64,000 bases of DNA from Candidatus Fraserbacteria bacterium (GCA_947085185.1 CAMTVK010000005.1:61174-125173); one strand, 5' to 3'; positions 28,581-39,318 are shown, counted from the first letter of the stretch. Numbers and translations are program-made. The notes: generated by a model not told the origin, from the letters alone.

Positions 28581-29783
28581 TCACTCCTTCAGAGAGACTT
28601 CTGCGAACGTGTGCTTCCCCACGCGCACCAGGCTCCCTTCCCTATAGGGTACGCTCTGGTCGAACTGGGTGATCTTCACCCCGTCAACTTCGACGGCCCC
28701 TTGCTCGATGAGGCGCTTCGCTTCGGAACGGCTCTTCACAAGCGGCGCTATTAAATCTACGATCCAGATGGTGCCATCGGGCTTGATGAGTCTCTTGTCA
28801 ACAGAGAGCTTGGGCACGTCGGTGGGGCGCTCCTTGCGGGCAAAGATCCGCTCGAATTCTGCTAAAGCTCTATCAGCGGCTTCGCGGGAGTGGTAGCGCG
28901 CCACGACCGCATGGGCCATCCTCTGCTTTTGTTCTTTCGGATGGAGCTTCTGGATCTCTTCCCAGTCCAAGTCCGTCAGGAGCTTGATGTATCTCTCGAT
29001 GAGCGCATCGGGGATGGACATCAATTTCCCGAACATCTGTTGGGGCGGCTCGGTGATGCTCACATAATTGCCGACGCTCTTGCTCATCTTCTTGACGCCG
29101 TCCAGCCCCTCGAGCAAGGGCATGAGAAAGCAGACTTGAGGCTCTTGGCCGTAGCGCTCTTGTAAGGCTCGCCCCACCAAGAGATTGAAGCGCTGATCGG
29201 TGCCGCCCAGCTCAATATCGGCCTGCACGGCCACCGAGTCGTACCCTTGGGCGAGGGGATAGAGCAATTCGACAATACTGATGGGGGTGCCCTCGTGGAA
29301 GCGCTTGGAAAAATCATCGCGCTCGAGCATGGCTGCAACGGTGTACTTGGACGCCAGCTCCAAGAGCTTGGCAAAGTCCATCTTCTCCAGCCACTCGGAG
29401 TTATATCGAAATTCGGTGCGTTCTGGATCGAGAATTTTGAGGGCTTGCTCCTTGTACTGTCTCATGTTCTCTGCGACTTCTTCTTTGGAGAGCATCTTTC
29501 GCTGGCTGGCGCGCTCCGAGGGATCGCCGATGCGTGCCGTGAAGTCTCCCACGATCAAGACCGCGATATGACCCAGCTCTTGGAAGTCGCGCAATTTCTG
29601 TAAGACGACCCCGATCCCGATATGGATCTCGGGGCTTGTGGGATCAACGCCCAATTTGACGCGCAGGGGTTTTCTTGTATGCTGGGATCGCTCAAGCTTT
29701 TTGACAAAATCAGCCTCGGGGATGATATCAACTGCTCGACGTTTGAGGAATCGGAGTTGCTCTTCAAGAGTCAGACGCTTCAT
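28581..29783 (-). CDS. tyrS: Tyrosine--tRNA ligase
   Basis: KLGVDPT, GDFTARIGDPS, YPLAQGYDS, GGTDQRFN, KMSKS, C-terminal S4 domain. Confidence 0.96.
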   Translation of the reverse strand: MKRLTLEEQLRFLKRRAVDIIPEADFVKKLERSQHTRKPLRVKLGVDPTSPEIHIGIGVVLQKLRDFQELGHIAVLIVGDFTARIGDPSERASQRKMLSKEEVAENMRQYKEQALKILDPERTEFRYNSEWLEKMDFAKLLELASKYTVAAMLERDDFSKRFHEGTPISIVELLYPLAQGYDSVAVQADIELGGTDQRFNLLVGRALQERYGQEPQVCFLMPLLEGLDGVKKMSKSVGNYVSITEPPQQMFGKLMSIPDALIERYIKLLTDLDWEEIQKLHPKEQKQRMAHAVVARYHSREAADRALAEFERIFARKERPTDVPKLSVDKRLIKPDGTIWIVDLIAPLVKSRSEAKRLIEQGAVEVDGVKITQFDQSVPYREGSLVRVGKHTFAEVSLKE

Positions 29784-29885
29784 AGACGGGGTGAGTTTAG
29801 CGCAGGGCGCAGGGAGATGCAACTCTCAGTTTTTTGAAGGATGGGTTTTTGTATGTTATGCTTATATTGTGGAAGGTGGGAGATT

Positions 29886-30887
29886 GTGAGTTCAGCCTGT
29901 GCTATTAAAACGGAGCATTTGGGGCGTATCTATCAGATCAAGCGCAAGCGCGGCGAGAGCGGTCCCACAACGCTCGTCGCTCTGGAAGACGTCAACTTAG
30001 AAGTGCGTCAAGGGGAGCTCTTTGGGCTGCTCGGCCCCAACGGTGCCGGGAAGACGACCCTGATAAAAATCTTGACGACGCTCCTTGCCCCCACCAGCGG
30101 GCGCGCATTTGTGGACGGCATCGATGTCGTAGAAAACCCCCAAGAAGTCCGCAGAAGAATCAACATGGTCTCCGGGGGCGAGTCGTGCGGGTATGGGCTG
30201 CTCACCGTCGAAGAGAACTTATGGATGTTCACGCAGTTTTATGGGCTTGACTTTCAGACGGCCCGCGAGCGCATTGAGTCTATGCTCGAGGTAGTAGGCT
30301 TGGCTGACCGTGCCAAGACCAAGGCGTATCACTTGTCGACGGGGATGAAGCAGAAGATGAACTTTGCCCGCGGCTTCCTCAATGACCCTCAGATTCTGTT
30401 CTTAGACGAGCCGACCTTGGGGCTTGACGTGCAGACGTCAAGAATTTTGCGGGATTTCGTGAAGCGATGGGTGCGCGAGCGCCCCGGGAAGACCATTCTC
30501 TTGACGACCCATTATATGGCCGAAGCTGATGAGCTGTGCGATCGCGTTGCCATCATTGACAAGGGCAGAATTTTAGCGTGCGACACTCCGGCCAATCTCA
30601 AGAAAAAACTCCAAGGAGCTTCGATCTTCAAGCTCCAGACGACGCCCTTGGAGACGCTCGATCATTTCGAGCAATTGCCTGGAGTCAGCCAATTTGCAGG
30701 CCAGCGACGCAATGGGCACACCGAGCTCAACTTCATCCTTGAGGACGAGAATGCCTTGATAAAAGTTCTCGATGCGGTGCAAGCCAAGGGTGGACACTTA
30801 CTCTCGCTCGAGAAGCGTGAACCGACGCTCGAAGACGTCTTCATTCACTTGGTCGGTCGTGGACTGAGCGATGAAGAGAACTCTTGA
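29886..30887 (+). CDS. ABC-2 type exporter ATP-binding protein
   Basis: GPNGAGKTT, LSTGMKQ, LFLDEPT, LTTH. Confidence 0.93.
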   Translation: MSSACAIKTEHLGRIYQIKRKRGESGPTTLVALEDVNLEVRQGELFGLLGPNGAGKTTLIKILTTLLAPTSGRAFVDGIDVVENPQEVRRRINMVSGGESCGYGLLTVEENLWMFTQFYGLDFQTARERIESMLEVVGLADRAKTKAYHLSTGMKQKMNFARGFLNDPQILFLDEPTLGLDVQTSRILRDFVKRWVRERPGKTILLTTHYMAEADELCDRVAIIDKGRILACDTPANLKKKLQGASIFKLQTTPLETLDHFEQLPGVSQFAGQRRNGHTELNFILEDENALIKVLDAVQAKGGHLLSLEKREPTLEDVFIHLVGRGLSDEENS

Positions 30888-31714
30888 GGATGAAATACTT
30901 TCGACGCGAGCTGACGGTCTTTGTGCGCACCGTGATCGGTCGCGCGTATCCCAGACTGATTGGGCTGCAGCGCGAAAAGAGCTGGCTCTTCTTTGAGATC
31001 TTCCTGCCCCTGCTGGGGACTGCGGCGTTTGTCTTTATCTATCGGGCGCTGGGAGCCAAGCCCGAATTTACGGGCTTTGTCGTGCTCGGCGGAGCCATGA
31101 CCGCCTACTGGATGAACGTGCTGTGGAGCATGGCCACCCAGTTTTATTGGGAGAAAGAGACGGGCAATCTCGCGCTCTATCTCATCGCTCCTACGTCGAG
31201 GATGGCCATTCTCTTGGGGATGGCTCTTGGGGGGATGGTCGCTACGACCGTGCGGGCTCTTGCTGTCTTAGTATTAGGATCGCTCGTCTTCCAAGTCACT
31301 TTCACGGTGAGCGACTGGGGAGCACTTTTGCTTGTCTTCTTCTTGACTTTAGTCGCCCTCTATGGGCTGGGGATGATCTTCGCTTCGGCGTTCTTGCTCT
31401 ACGGGCGCGAAGCGTGGCACATGGCCAATCTCCTCCAAGAGCCGGTCTTTCTGCTGTCGGGATTCTACTTCCCCATCAAGAGCTTGGGGTTTTGGATTTC
31501 TGCCGGAGCGTCGCTCATCCCCATCACGCTCGGGCTTGATGCCATGAGACAGCTCTTGTACCCTCAGGCGGGCTGGGGCTTTCTCGATGTCCGGATCGAG
31601 ACGCTCATCTTAGCGATCTTGAGCGTCGTCTTTATCGTGATAGCGCATCGGATGCTCTTATGGCTGGAGCATGTGGCGCGGCGTGAGGGGCGGCTCACCG
31701 TGAGGGGGCAGTGA
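30884..31714 (+). CDS. ABC-2 type permease
   Basis: Six TM helices, WEKETGNL, LSGFYFP. Confidence 0.88.
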   Translation: MRMKYFRRELTVFVRTVIGRAYPRLIGLQREKSWLFFEIFLPLLGTAAFVFIYRALGAKPEFTGFVVLGGAMTAYWMNVLWSMATQFYWEKETGNLALYLIAPTSRMAILLGMALGGMVATTVRALAVLVLGSLVFQVTFTVSDWGALLLVFFLTLVALYGLGMIFASAFLLYGREAWHMANLLQEPVFLLSGFYFPIKSLGFWISAGASLIPITLGLDAMRQLLYPQAGWGFLDVRIETLILAILSVVFIVIAHRMLLWLEHVARREGRLTVRGQ

Positions 31715-31718
31715 CGCT

Positions 31719-32588
31719 ATGGCTGCACAGCCTGTGAGAGAGACGTGGCGCGAGAGCTGGCGCAGCTTAAAAGTTGCGACGTGGCTGGGGTGGCAGATCG
31801 AATCCAACTGGACGGAGCCCTTTCTCTTCGCGGTCTACTCGCTGGCCAAGCCCGTTGCCGGAGCGATGATCTTGGTTGTAATGTATTTAGTCGTCTCCGG
31901 CGGCCGAACAGATAACCCGCTCTTCCCGTATATTTATCTTGGGAATGCTTTCTATATCTACGTGGGCTCGGTGCTTATGGGGGTCAGCTACGCCGTGATT
32001 GACGATCGCGAGCACTATGGGGTGCTCAAATATATCTATGTGTCGCCGATCCAAGTCTATTTCTATCTGTTGGGGCGTGGGATGGCGCGCACCCTCACCG
32101 GCACGATCGCCGTGGTTATTACCCTTGCGTTTGGGATGCTTGTCTTCAAGCTGCCCATAAATTTTATAACGATGAACCATGTGCTCTTCTGGCCCGTCTT
32201 TTTGATAGGGCTAGCGGGGTTAGCGCTCGTGGGGATTCTCCTGGCAGGGGTGACACTGATTACAGCTCGACATAATTACTTTATGGGTGAGGCCGTCGCT
32301 GGGGCTTTGTATTTGTTATGTGGCGCAGTCTTCCCTCTCGATGTCCTCCCAAGGTTTCTTCAGTATATAGGGCTGGGATTGCCTATGACATACTGGCTGG
32401 AAGGACTGCGCCGCGCTGTACTAGGCACGAGCGCCAGTCCATTACTGGCGCCCTTCTCCAACGAGACGATCTTAATAATACTAGCAAGCTCGACGCTCTT
32501 AGTCGGGGCGATCTCGCTGGGATTTTATCGGTGGTGCGAGCGCCGCGCCAAAGAGAAAGGGCTTATAGATATGCAGACGATGTACTGA
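31719..32588 (+). CDS. ABC-2 type permease
   Basis: Six TM helices, DREHYGVL, CGAVFP, PMTYW. Confidence 0.88.
   Translation: MAAQPVRETWRESWRSLKVATWLGWQIESNWTEPFLFAVYSLAKPVAGAMILVVMYLVVSGGRTDNPLFPYIYLGNAFYIYVGSVLMGVSYAVIDDREHYGVLKYIYVSPIQVYFYLLGRGMARTLTGTIAVVITLAFGMLVFKLPINFITMNHVLFWPVFLIGLAGLALVGILLAGVTLITARHNYFMGEAVAGALYLLCGAVFPLDVLPRFLQYIGLGLPMTYWLEGLRRAVLGTSASPLLAPFSNETILIILASSTLLVGAISLGFYRWCERRAKEKGLIDMQTMY
32536..32588 (+). repeat. 53-bp direct repeat, copy 1 (functional permease 3' end)
   Basis: Matches 33150-33202 at 47 of 53 nt. Confidence 0.9.
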
Positions 32589-32617
32589 TCTGGTACACTA
32601 TGCCCTGGCACAGCCGC

Positions 32618-32905
32618 ATGAAGATCGAAGGGATCTTATGGCTGAAAGAGATCGTAGACAAATTAGTCCGCAAGCATCATGTCCTTGCCGAAGAAGTGGA
32701 GCAGGTGTTGAGCAGCAAGCCAAGGTTTTATTTCATCCAAAGGGGGGAACGCGCCGGGGAGGACGTATATATGGCTTTAGGACAGACCAAGGCAGGGCGC
32801 TATCTCACCGTGCTCTTCATCTACAAGAAGACTAAAGAAGCCCTAATCCTAAGTGCCAGAGACATGGCCAAGAAAGAGAGGAAGCGCTATGAGCAAGAAA
32901 GATAA
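32618..32905 (+). CDS. BrnT family toxin
   Basis: W...KL..KH.V..EEVE.V, ALGQT.AGRYL.V.F, ILSARDM..KERKRY. Confidence 0.85.
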   Translation: MKIEGILWLKEIVDKLVRKHHVLAEEVEQVLSSKPRFYFIQRGERAGEDVYMALGQTKAGRYLTVLFIYKKTKEALILSARDMAKKERKRYEQER

Positions 32906-33182
32906 CATCCACAGCTTGCCCACTTTTCCAACGTTAGATGAACTAGTCGAGTTTTTCGACATGCACGATCTAGGACAGTATGATCTCCCCAAGGTGCAGT
33001 TCAGTGTGGACATCAAAAGATGCACGTATCTCATAGCAGTTGACGCCGAGCTCGCCCATAAGATCGCGCACATCGCGCGAGCACAAGGCACGTCTTGTGA
33101 GAAACTCATTCACCGTTGGCTGAAGGAGAAGATCCGCCAGAGCAGGGAAGCGAGCGCCGCGCCAAAGAGAAGGGTCTCATAG
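32889..33182 (+). CDS. CopG/BrnA-like antitoxin
   Basis: LPTF.TLDE..EFFD.HDL, IAR.QG.S...LI..WLKEK; overlaps the toxin stop. Confidence 0.8.
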   Translation: MSKKDNIHSLPTFPTLDELVEFFDMHDLGQYDLPKVQFSVDIKRCTYLIAVDAELAHKIAHIARAQGTSCEKLIHRWLKEKIRQSREASAAPKRRVS

Positions 33183-33202
33183 ATATGCAGACGATGTATT
33201 AG
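33150..33202 (+). repeat. 53-bp direct repeat, copy 2 (orphan permease 3' end)
   Basis: Encodes the same [16 protein letters not shown] with synonymous changes only. Confidence 0.9.
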
Positions 33203-33956
33203 AACGAGACCACAGCGCCCTCAGATATTCCCGACGCATCAACGCGATATTTTTGATCGAGATGTTCTTTGGGCAGACGGCCTCGCACTCCCCGTGATTG
33301 GAGCAATTCCCAAAGCCCTCTTGGTCCATCTGCGCGATCATGCGCAGGGCTCTTCGCGTGCGCTCCGGTTGCCCTTGGGGCAGGAGCGCCAAATGAGCGA
33401 TCTTGGCGCTCACAAAGAGCGACGCTGACGCATTCGGGCAAGCGGCCACGCACGCCCCGCATCCAATGCACGCCGCGGCATCGAACGCGGCTTCTACGAT
33501 CTCTTTTGGGATCGGAATGCTGTTGGCGTCGGGAGCACTCCCGGTGTTCACTGAGATATAGCCCCCAGCAGCTATGATGCGATCGAACGCGCTGCGGTCA
33601 ACGACCAAGTCTTTGATAACCGGAAAAGCTTTGGCGCGGAAGGGTTCGAGGGTGATCGTCTCCCCATCTTTGAAATCGCGTAGATATTGTTGGCACGCCG
33701 TGCGTCCGCGCTTGGGGCCATGCGCCACTCCGTTGACTAAAAATCCGCACGTCCCACAGATGCCCTCGCGACAGTCGCTGTCGAACTCCACGGGCAGCTC
33801 CCCTTGCTTGATGAGCTGCTCGTTGAGCACATCCAGCAGTTCTAGCAGTGACATATCCGGCGAGACATCTTTCACTGTGTACGTGATGAACTTCCCCGGT
33901 GTGTGGGCGTTGGGTTGTCGCCAGATCCGCACGTGCAGAGTCATTCTTTTGGTCAT
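33177..33956 (-). CDS. sdhB: Succinate dehydrogenase/fumarate reductase Fe-S subunit
   Basis: [32 protein letters not shown]. Confidence 0.95.
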   Translation of the reverse strand: MTKRMTLHVRIWRQPNAHTPGKFITYTVKDVSPDMSLLELLDVLNEQLIKQGELPVEFDSDCREGICGTCGFLVNGVAHGPKRGRTACQQYLRDFKDGETITLEPFRAKAFPVIKDLVVDRSAFDRIIAAGGYISVNTGSAPDANSIPIPKEIVEAAFDAAACIGCGACVAACPNASASLFVSAKIAHLALLPQGQPERTRRALRMIAQMDQEGFGNCSNHGECEAVCPKNISIKNIALMRREYLRALWSRSNTSSAYL

Positions 33957-33957
33957 A

Positions 33958-35883
33958 TCACTTATAGCTCCTCACCGTCGGTGTGACGAACTCAAAGTGT
34001 AAGGGCTCTGGATGCAATTGGGGATTGCTCAGATCCCCTGTGTATTCCCACGCCGCAACATAACAGAACTTCTCGTCGTTGCGCAGGGCTTCGCCATCGG
34101 GGGTTTGGTACTCTTCACGGAAGTGTGCCCCACACGATTCTTCGCGGTGGAGCGCATCTATCGCTATGAGCTCGCCGAGCTCCAGAAAGTCCGCAACCCG
34201 CCCGGCCATCTCTAAGTTTTTATTGAGCATAGAATTATCGCCGGGGACTCTCAGGTTGTTCCAGAACTCGTCACGGAGTTTGCGGATCTTTTCGAGAGCT
34301 CTCTGAAGCCCTTGGGCGTTGCGGGCCATCCCCACATAGTCCCACAGGATCATCCCCAGCTCGCGATGGAACTCAAGCACGGTCCTCTCGCCCTTGATGG
34401 AGAGCAGCTGCGTCAGGCGCTTGTGGACTTCCGCCAGAGAGTCTTGAAACGCGCTGTGTTCGCTCGTCACTTTGGGCAGAGTGGCGTTGGCAAAATAATC
34501 CCCAATCGTATAGGGGATGATGAAGTATCCATCCGCGAGCCCTTGCATGAGGGCGCTCGCCCCAAGACGATTGGCGCCGTGATCGGAGAAGTTGGCTTCG
34601 CCGAGCACAAACAGCCCAGGGATCGTGCTCATTAAGTTATAGTCTACCCACAGCCCTCCCATCGTATAGTGTATGGCGGGGTAGATGCGCATGGGGACTG
34701 TGTAGGGGTCTTCTCCGGTGATGTGCTGATACATCTCGAAGAGGTTGCCGTATTTCTCTTTGATATAGTCAATGCCCTTCTCGCGGATGGCGTCAGAGAA
34801 GTCGAGATAAACAGCGCGGCCCATGGGGCCGACGCCGCGCCCTTCGTCGCAGACGGCTTTGACTGCACGAGACGCGATATCCCGTGGGGCTAAGTTCCCA
34901 TAGCTTGGGTATCTCCGTTCGAGAAAGTAATCTCTCTCGTCTTCGGGGATCTCGTTGGGCGGGCGGGTGTCGCCCTTCTTCTTGGGGACCCAGACGCGCC
35001 CATCGTTGCGGAGGCTCTCGCTCATCAGGGTGAGTTTCGACTGATAATCTCCTGTGACAGGGATGCACGTCGGGTGAATCTGAGTGAAGCAGGGATTGGC
35101 GAAGAACGCGCCGCGTTTGTGGCAACGCCAGATCGCGGTCGCGTTCGAATTTTTCGCATACGTTGCGAGAAAGTACGCATTGCCGTACCCGCCGGTGCAG
35201 AGCACCACCGCATCTCCGACATAAGGCTCTAACTCCCCCGTGATGAGATTTCTACAGACGATCCCGCGCGCTTGCCCGTTGATAAGAACTACATCGAGCA
35301 TCTCGCGCCTGGGGTAGAGGGCGACGCGCTTTGCGTCCACTTGGCGCATCATGGCGCTATAAGCTCCTAACAAGAGCTGTTGCCCCGTCTGGCCGCGGGC
35401 GTAGAACGTCCGCTCGACCTGAGCGCCTCCAAACGATCTCGTATCTAAGAGCCCTCCGTATTCGCGGGCGAACGGCACCCCTTGGGCCACACACTGATCT
35501 ATGATGTTGCCGCTCAGCTCAGCGAGTCTGTACACATTCGCTTCGCGGGCGCGATAATCCCCGCCCTTGATCGTGTCATAGAAGAGCCGCCAGACGCTAT
35601 CGCCGTCGTTCTTATAGTTTTTCGCAGCATTGATGCCTCCCTGAGCGGCGATCGAGTGGGCCCGTCGGGGCGAGTCTTGTATACAGAATGCTTTGACGTT
35701 ATAGCCCAGCTCGGCCAAGGACGCCGCAGCCGAGGCCCCAGCCAACCCCGTCCCTACGACTAAGATCGTATACTTGCGTTTGTTGGCCGGACTGACTAAC
35801 TTTATTTGATTCTTATGGCGCGTCCATTTGGACTCCAACGGACCACTGGGGATTTTAGAGTCTAACTTGATCGCTGTTGCCAT
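33958..35883 (-). CDS. sdhA: Succinate dehydrogenase/fumarate reductase flavoprotein
   Basis: [35 protein letters not shown]. Confidence 0.96.
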   Translation of the reverse strand: MATAIKLDSKIPSGPLESKWTRHKNQIKLVSPANKRKYTILVVGTGLAGASAAASLAELGYNVKAFCIQDSPRRAHSIAAQGGINAAKNYKNDGDSVWRLFYDTIKGGDYRAREANVYRLAELSGNIIDQCVAQGVPFAREYGGLLDTRSFGGAQVERTFYARGQTGQQLLLGAYSAMMRQVDAKRVALYPRREMLDVVLINGQARGIVCRNLITGELEPYVGDAVVLCTGGYGNAYFLATYAKNSNATAIWRCHKRGAFFANPCFTQIHPTCIPVTGDYQSKLTLMSESLRNDGRVWVPKKKGDTRPPNEIPEDERDYFLERRYPSYGNLAPRDIASRAVKAVCDEGRGVGPMGRAVYLDFSDAIREKGIDYIKEKYGNLFEMYQHITGEDPYTVPMRIYPAIHYTMGGLWVDYNLMSTIPGLFVLGEANFSDHGANRLGASALMQGLADGYFIIPYTIGDYFANATLPKVTSEHSAFQDSLAEVHKRLTQLLSIKGERTVLEFHRELGMILWDYVGMARNAQGLQRALEKIRKLRDEFWNNLRVPGDNSMLNKNLEMAGRVADFLELGELIAIDALHREESCGAHFREEYQTPDGEALRNDEKFCYVAAWEYTGDLSNPQLHPEPLHFEFVTPTVRSYK

Positions 35884-36569
35884 AGGGTGTGTGCTCCTTC
35901 ACTATACGAGAGATAGACCCACACCGGGATCACGATGAACCCAAGAGCCAACACCAATGCTACGATCACGCCACCCGTATACCAAACGGCCGTCCAACGG
36001 GGATGATACGCCCCAAGGGATTGCAAAGCGCTCCAAAATCCGTGGCGCAGGTGAACCCCCAAAAAGACCATCACTGCGACGTAGAGCGCAACGTTGACGG
36101 GATTGCTGAAGACCTCGACGACTAGTCTATGCAGATCGCGCATCTTGACCCCGTCGACGATCACTGTATAGTATGGGCCAAAGCGAAAAGTTATCACGTG
36201 CCAGATAACGAATGCTAACAAGACAATTCCCGTGTAGATCATGGTTCTAGAGGAAAGCGTCTGGCGGCTCGTCCAGCCTGCTGAGCGATAGACGCTATAT
36301 CCCGAGGGGCGAGCTTTGAATCTCTCCCACAAGACTATCAGGGCGCTCCAGATGTGCAGGAGGAAGAACGCGGCCAGCCCAAGCTCCATCAGCGTCAGCA
36401 GCGGGCCCAGACTGAAGAGAAAGTGGGCCCAGCGATTGTAGTCATCGGGATTCCCTGTAAGCAACAATAGATTTTCAGAGAGATGGACGACTACGAAGAG
36501 AAAGAGCCCAATCCCCGTGATGGCATTGAGAAATTTCTGGGCAACCGAAGATCGTGGCCATAACGCCAT
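35862..36569 (-). CDS. sdhC: Succinate dehydrogenase cytochrome b558 subunit
   Basis: Five TM helices with His ligands (VVHL, LLHI, IWHV, HLRHG). Confidence 0.92.
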   Translation of the reverse strand: MALWPRSSVAQKFLNAITGIGLFLFVVVHLSENLLLLTGNPDDYNRWAHFLFSLGPLLTLMELGLAAFFLLHIWSALIVLWERFKARPSGYSVYRSAGWTSRQTLSSRTMIYTGIVLLAFVIWHVITFRFGPYYTVIVDGVKMRDLHRLVVEVFSNPVNVALYVAVMVFLGVHLRHGFWSALQSLGAYHPRWTAVWYTGGVIVALVLALGFIVIPVWVYLSYSEGAHTLWQQRSS

Positions 36570-36757
36570 GGGTGCTCAGCTCCTTGTGGTCTCTTAATTT
36601 CGGTATTTTACTCTCTTGACAGCTCTCTAGCAAAGCGTTCCTAAGATATAGCAGACCCGAGGCGCCCAAACTATGATCTTCGTCAGGTTCGAAAGGGACA
36701 GGGGGCTTTCGCCGACGCACCAAATTTGCTACACTAGCACCGTCGAGGCTGACAGCT

Positions 36758-38149
36758 ATGACCAAGCGAACCAAGATCGTCTGTACGATTGGGCCGGCTT
36801 CCGCGTCCCCACAGACGATCCGAGCGATGATCGAGGGCGGGATGAACGTCGCTCGGATCAACATGGCGCACGGCACGCACGAAGCGCATCGCGAGACTAT
36901 TGAGCGCGTGCGTGCGATCGCCCGCGCCCTAGGGGTCCCTGTGGCAGTCATGGTCGACACTAAAGGGCCAGCCATACGAACGGGCGAACTCAAAGCCGAA
37001 AAGATCTTCTTAAGACAACACCAAAAACTTACGCTCGTCGAAGAGCCTGTGCTTGGGGATGAGACCCAGATCTCTATCAGCTACAAGGGGCTCTCTCAGT
37101 ATGTGCAGCCCGGGATGAAGATTCTCTTAGCCAACGGCGAGATCGAGCTGCACATCTTAGAAGTCCAGCCAGGACGAATTATTTGTGAGGTGCAGAACTC
37201 ACGCGAGCTAGGGGAGCGCAAGCGCGTCAGCATCCCACAGATCGCTCTGCCCGGCATCGCTCAGACCGATGAAGACGATATTCTGTTTGCCAAAGAAGCC
37301 GGGGTTGATTACATTGCCGCGAGCTTCGTCCAGACGGGCTTAGATATTGATCATGTGCGCCAGCTTCTTGGGAAGACAGATATAGAGATTATCGCGAAGA
37401 TCGAGACGCGCGAGGCCGCTCGCAATATTGACGATATCATTGCAGCGTCTGATGGGGTGATGGTCGCTCGTGGGGACTTGGGAGTCGAGTTACCCCCAGA
37501 AGAAGTCCCTCTGCTTCAGAAAGAGATTGTGAGGAGGTGCAATCGCGCGGGCAAGCCGGTCATCATCGCTACACAAATGCTCAAATCCATGACGGAGAGC
37601 CCCGCCCCAACACGCGCCGAAGTCGCCGACGTCGCCAATGCGATTCTCGATGGCACTGACGCCGTTATGCTCTCAGAAGAGACCGCCGTGGGGAAGTATC
37701 CCGTTGAGGCCGTGCGCATGATGAGTCGGATTGCCGAGCGCCTCGAGCGATCTCCAGCAATATATCATAGATACGAGATGAACGCGGGCACGGTGACCGA
37801 AGCTATTGGGGAGTCAGCGTGTCAGATCGCTGACAGGATTGGTGCTGCGGCGATCATCCCTTCGACGACGTCGGGGTCGACAGCGAAATTGGTCGCGAAG
37901 TTTCGCCCCAAGACCCCGATCATCGCGGTGACGTATACTGAGCGGGTGCGTAACAAATTAGCGCTGGTGTGGGGAGTCTCCCCGGTGCAGATCGAGTTCT
38001 CCCAAGACACCGACGCGATGCTCAAGCTCTCTATAGAAGCAGCTGTGAGGGCCGGGCATCTCCCCGCAGGGTCGCTGGTGGTGATCACGGCGGGGGTGCC
38101 CTTTGGCGTGCCAGGCACGACCAATCTCATCAAAGTCGAACGGGTGTGA
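36758..38149 (+). CDS. pyk: Pyruvate kinase
   Basis: TKIVCTIGPAS, DTKGP, IAKIE, MVARGDLG, PTRAEV.DVANA. Confidence 0.97.
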   Translation: MTKRTKIVCTIGPASASPQTIRAMIEGGMNVARINMAHGTHEAHRETIERVRAIARALGVPVAVMVDTKGPAIRTGELKAEKIFLRQHQKLTLVEEPVLGDETQISISYKGLSQYVQPGMKILLANGEIELHILEVQPGRIICEVQNSRELGERKRVSIPQIALPGIAQTDEDDILFAKEAGVDYIAASFVQTGLDIDHVRQLLGKTDIEIIAKIETREAARNIDDIIAASDGVMVARGDLGVELPPEEVPLLQKEIVRRCNRAGKPVIIATQMLKSMTESPAPTRAEVADVANAILDGTDAVMLSEETAVGKYPVEAVRMMSRIAERLERSPAIYHRYEMNAGTVTEAIGESACQIADRIGAAAIIPSTTSGSTAKLVAKFRPKTPIIAVTYTERVRNKLALVWGVSPVQIEFSQDTDAMLKLSIEAAVRAGHLPAGSLVVITAGVPFGVPGTTNLIKVERV

Positions 38150-38151
38150 AG

Positions 38152-38228
38152 ACCTCTCCCCAGCCCCTCCCCAACACGGGGAGGGGATCTTCCCCTTCCC
38201 TTTAGGGAAGGGGCTTAAGAGTTAGGTC
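38152..38228 (+). repeat. REP-like double-hairpin element
   Basis: CCCCAGCCCCTCCCC..GGGGAGGGG then CCCCTTCCC..GGGAAGGGG. Confidence 0.65.
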
Positions 38229-38234
38229 AAAGAT

Positions 38235-39182
38235 ATGAATACGAACAAGACGGTCGTGATTGCGTTGGGCGGAAACGCGCTGCTTGATCCAAAAACCAAC
38301 GGATCTATAGCAGAGCAGATTCGTACGATCGAGCACAGCTGTGCCAAGATTGCCCAGATCATCGCTGCTGGGTACAGGGTGGTCGTCACGCACGGCAATG
38401 GCCCGCAAGTGGGCAATCTCTTGATTCAGCAAGAAGAAGCACAAGAGCTTGTCCCGCCGTTGCCGCTTGATGTCTGCGGGGCGATGACTCAAGGGCAGCT
38501 GGGGTACTTGCTCCAGCAGAAGCTGCGCGAAGCTTTAGCGAGCTTCGGGATTGTCAAGCCCGTAGTCACGGTGGTGACGCAGGTGCGGGTGGAGCGGGAC
38601 GATCCGGCGTTTGCTGAACCCACCAAGCCCATCGGGCCGTTCTATGCTGAGAGAGAGCTCCCATTCCTTGAGCAGAAGGGGTATGTGCTGAGGCGTGTGG
38701 GGAGGGGGGCCAAGCCGTGGCGGCGGGTTGTCGCTTCTCCTGAACCCAAGGAAATTGTCGAGGTCGAGAGCATCAAGGCGCTGCTGGCTGCGGGGTCAAT
38801 TGTGATCGCCTGTGGGGGTGGCGGGGTTCCTGTTGTTCGTGAGGATGGGCGTCTGAGCGGGGTTGAGGCTGTGATTGATAAGGACTTAGCGTCGGCGCTG
38901 CTGGCTGAAGAGCTGGGAGCTGAGATTTTATTGATCTTGACAGATGTGGAGCGGGTGGCGCTCTTCTTTGGGACGAGCCAGCAAGTCTTTCTCGAGAAGC
39001 TCTCGGTGCGCGAAGCGCGCAAGTATCTATTAGAAGGGCATTTCCCGCCGGGGAGCATGGGGCCCAAGATTGAAGCCGCGATGCGCTTTATAGAAGGCGG
39101 TGGCGAGCGCGCGTATATTACGTCGTTAGAGAAGGCTCCCGAGGCGCTCGCAGGCCGGGCTGGCACGGAGATCTATGGATGA
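38235..39182 (+). CDS. arcC: Carbamate kinase
   Basis: ALGGNA, THGNGPQVG, KPIGPF, RRVVASP, AVIDKD, GSMGPK. Confidence 0.95.
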   Translation: MNTNKTVVIALGGNALLDPKTNGSIAEQIRTIEHSCAKIAQIIAAGYRVVVTHGNGPQVGNLLIQQEEAQELVPPLPLDVCGAMTQGQLGYLLQQKLREALASFGIVKPVVTVVTQVRVERDDPAFAEPTKPIGPFYAERELPFLEQKGYVLRRVGRGAKPWRRVVASPEPKEIVEVESIKALLAAGSIVIACGGGGVPVVREDGRLSGVEAVIDKDLASALLAEELGAEILLILTDVERVALFFGTSQQVFLEKLSVREARKYLLEGHFPPGSMGPKIEAAMRFIEGGGERAYITSLEKAPEALAGRAGTEIYG

Positions 39183-39192
39183 GACCGCGAGT

Positions 39193-39221
39193 TTGACGGG
39201 GAGCTTCGAATGTGATATAAA
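39193..39221 (+). promoter_or_regulatory. Sigma70 promoter for tRNA-Leu
   Basis: TTGACG-17nt-TATAAA with extended -10 TG. Confidence 0.75.
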
Positions 39222-39236
39222 TATTGTAGCTTCCCA

Positions 39237-39318
39237 GCCGAGGTGGCGGAATTGGCAGACGCGCACGTTTGAGGGGCGTGTGGGGTAACCCGTGGGGGTT
39301 CGAGTCCCCCCCTCGGCA
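39237..39318 (+). tRNA. tRNA-Leu(GAG)
   Basis: GCCGAGG/CCTCGGC stem, GGCAGACGC D-arm, loop TT-GAG-GG, long variable arm; CCA not encoded. Confidence 0.93.
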
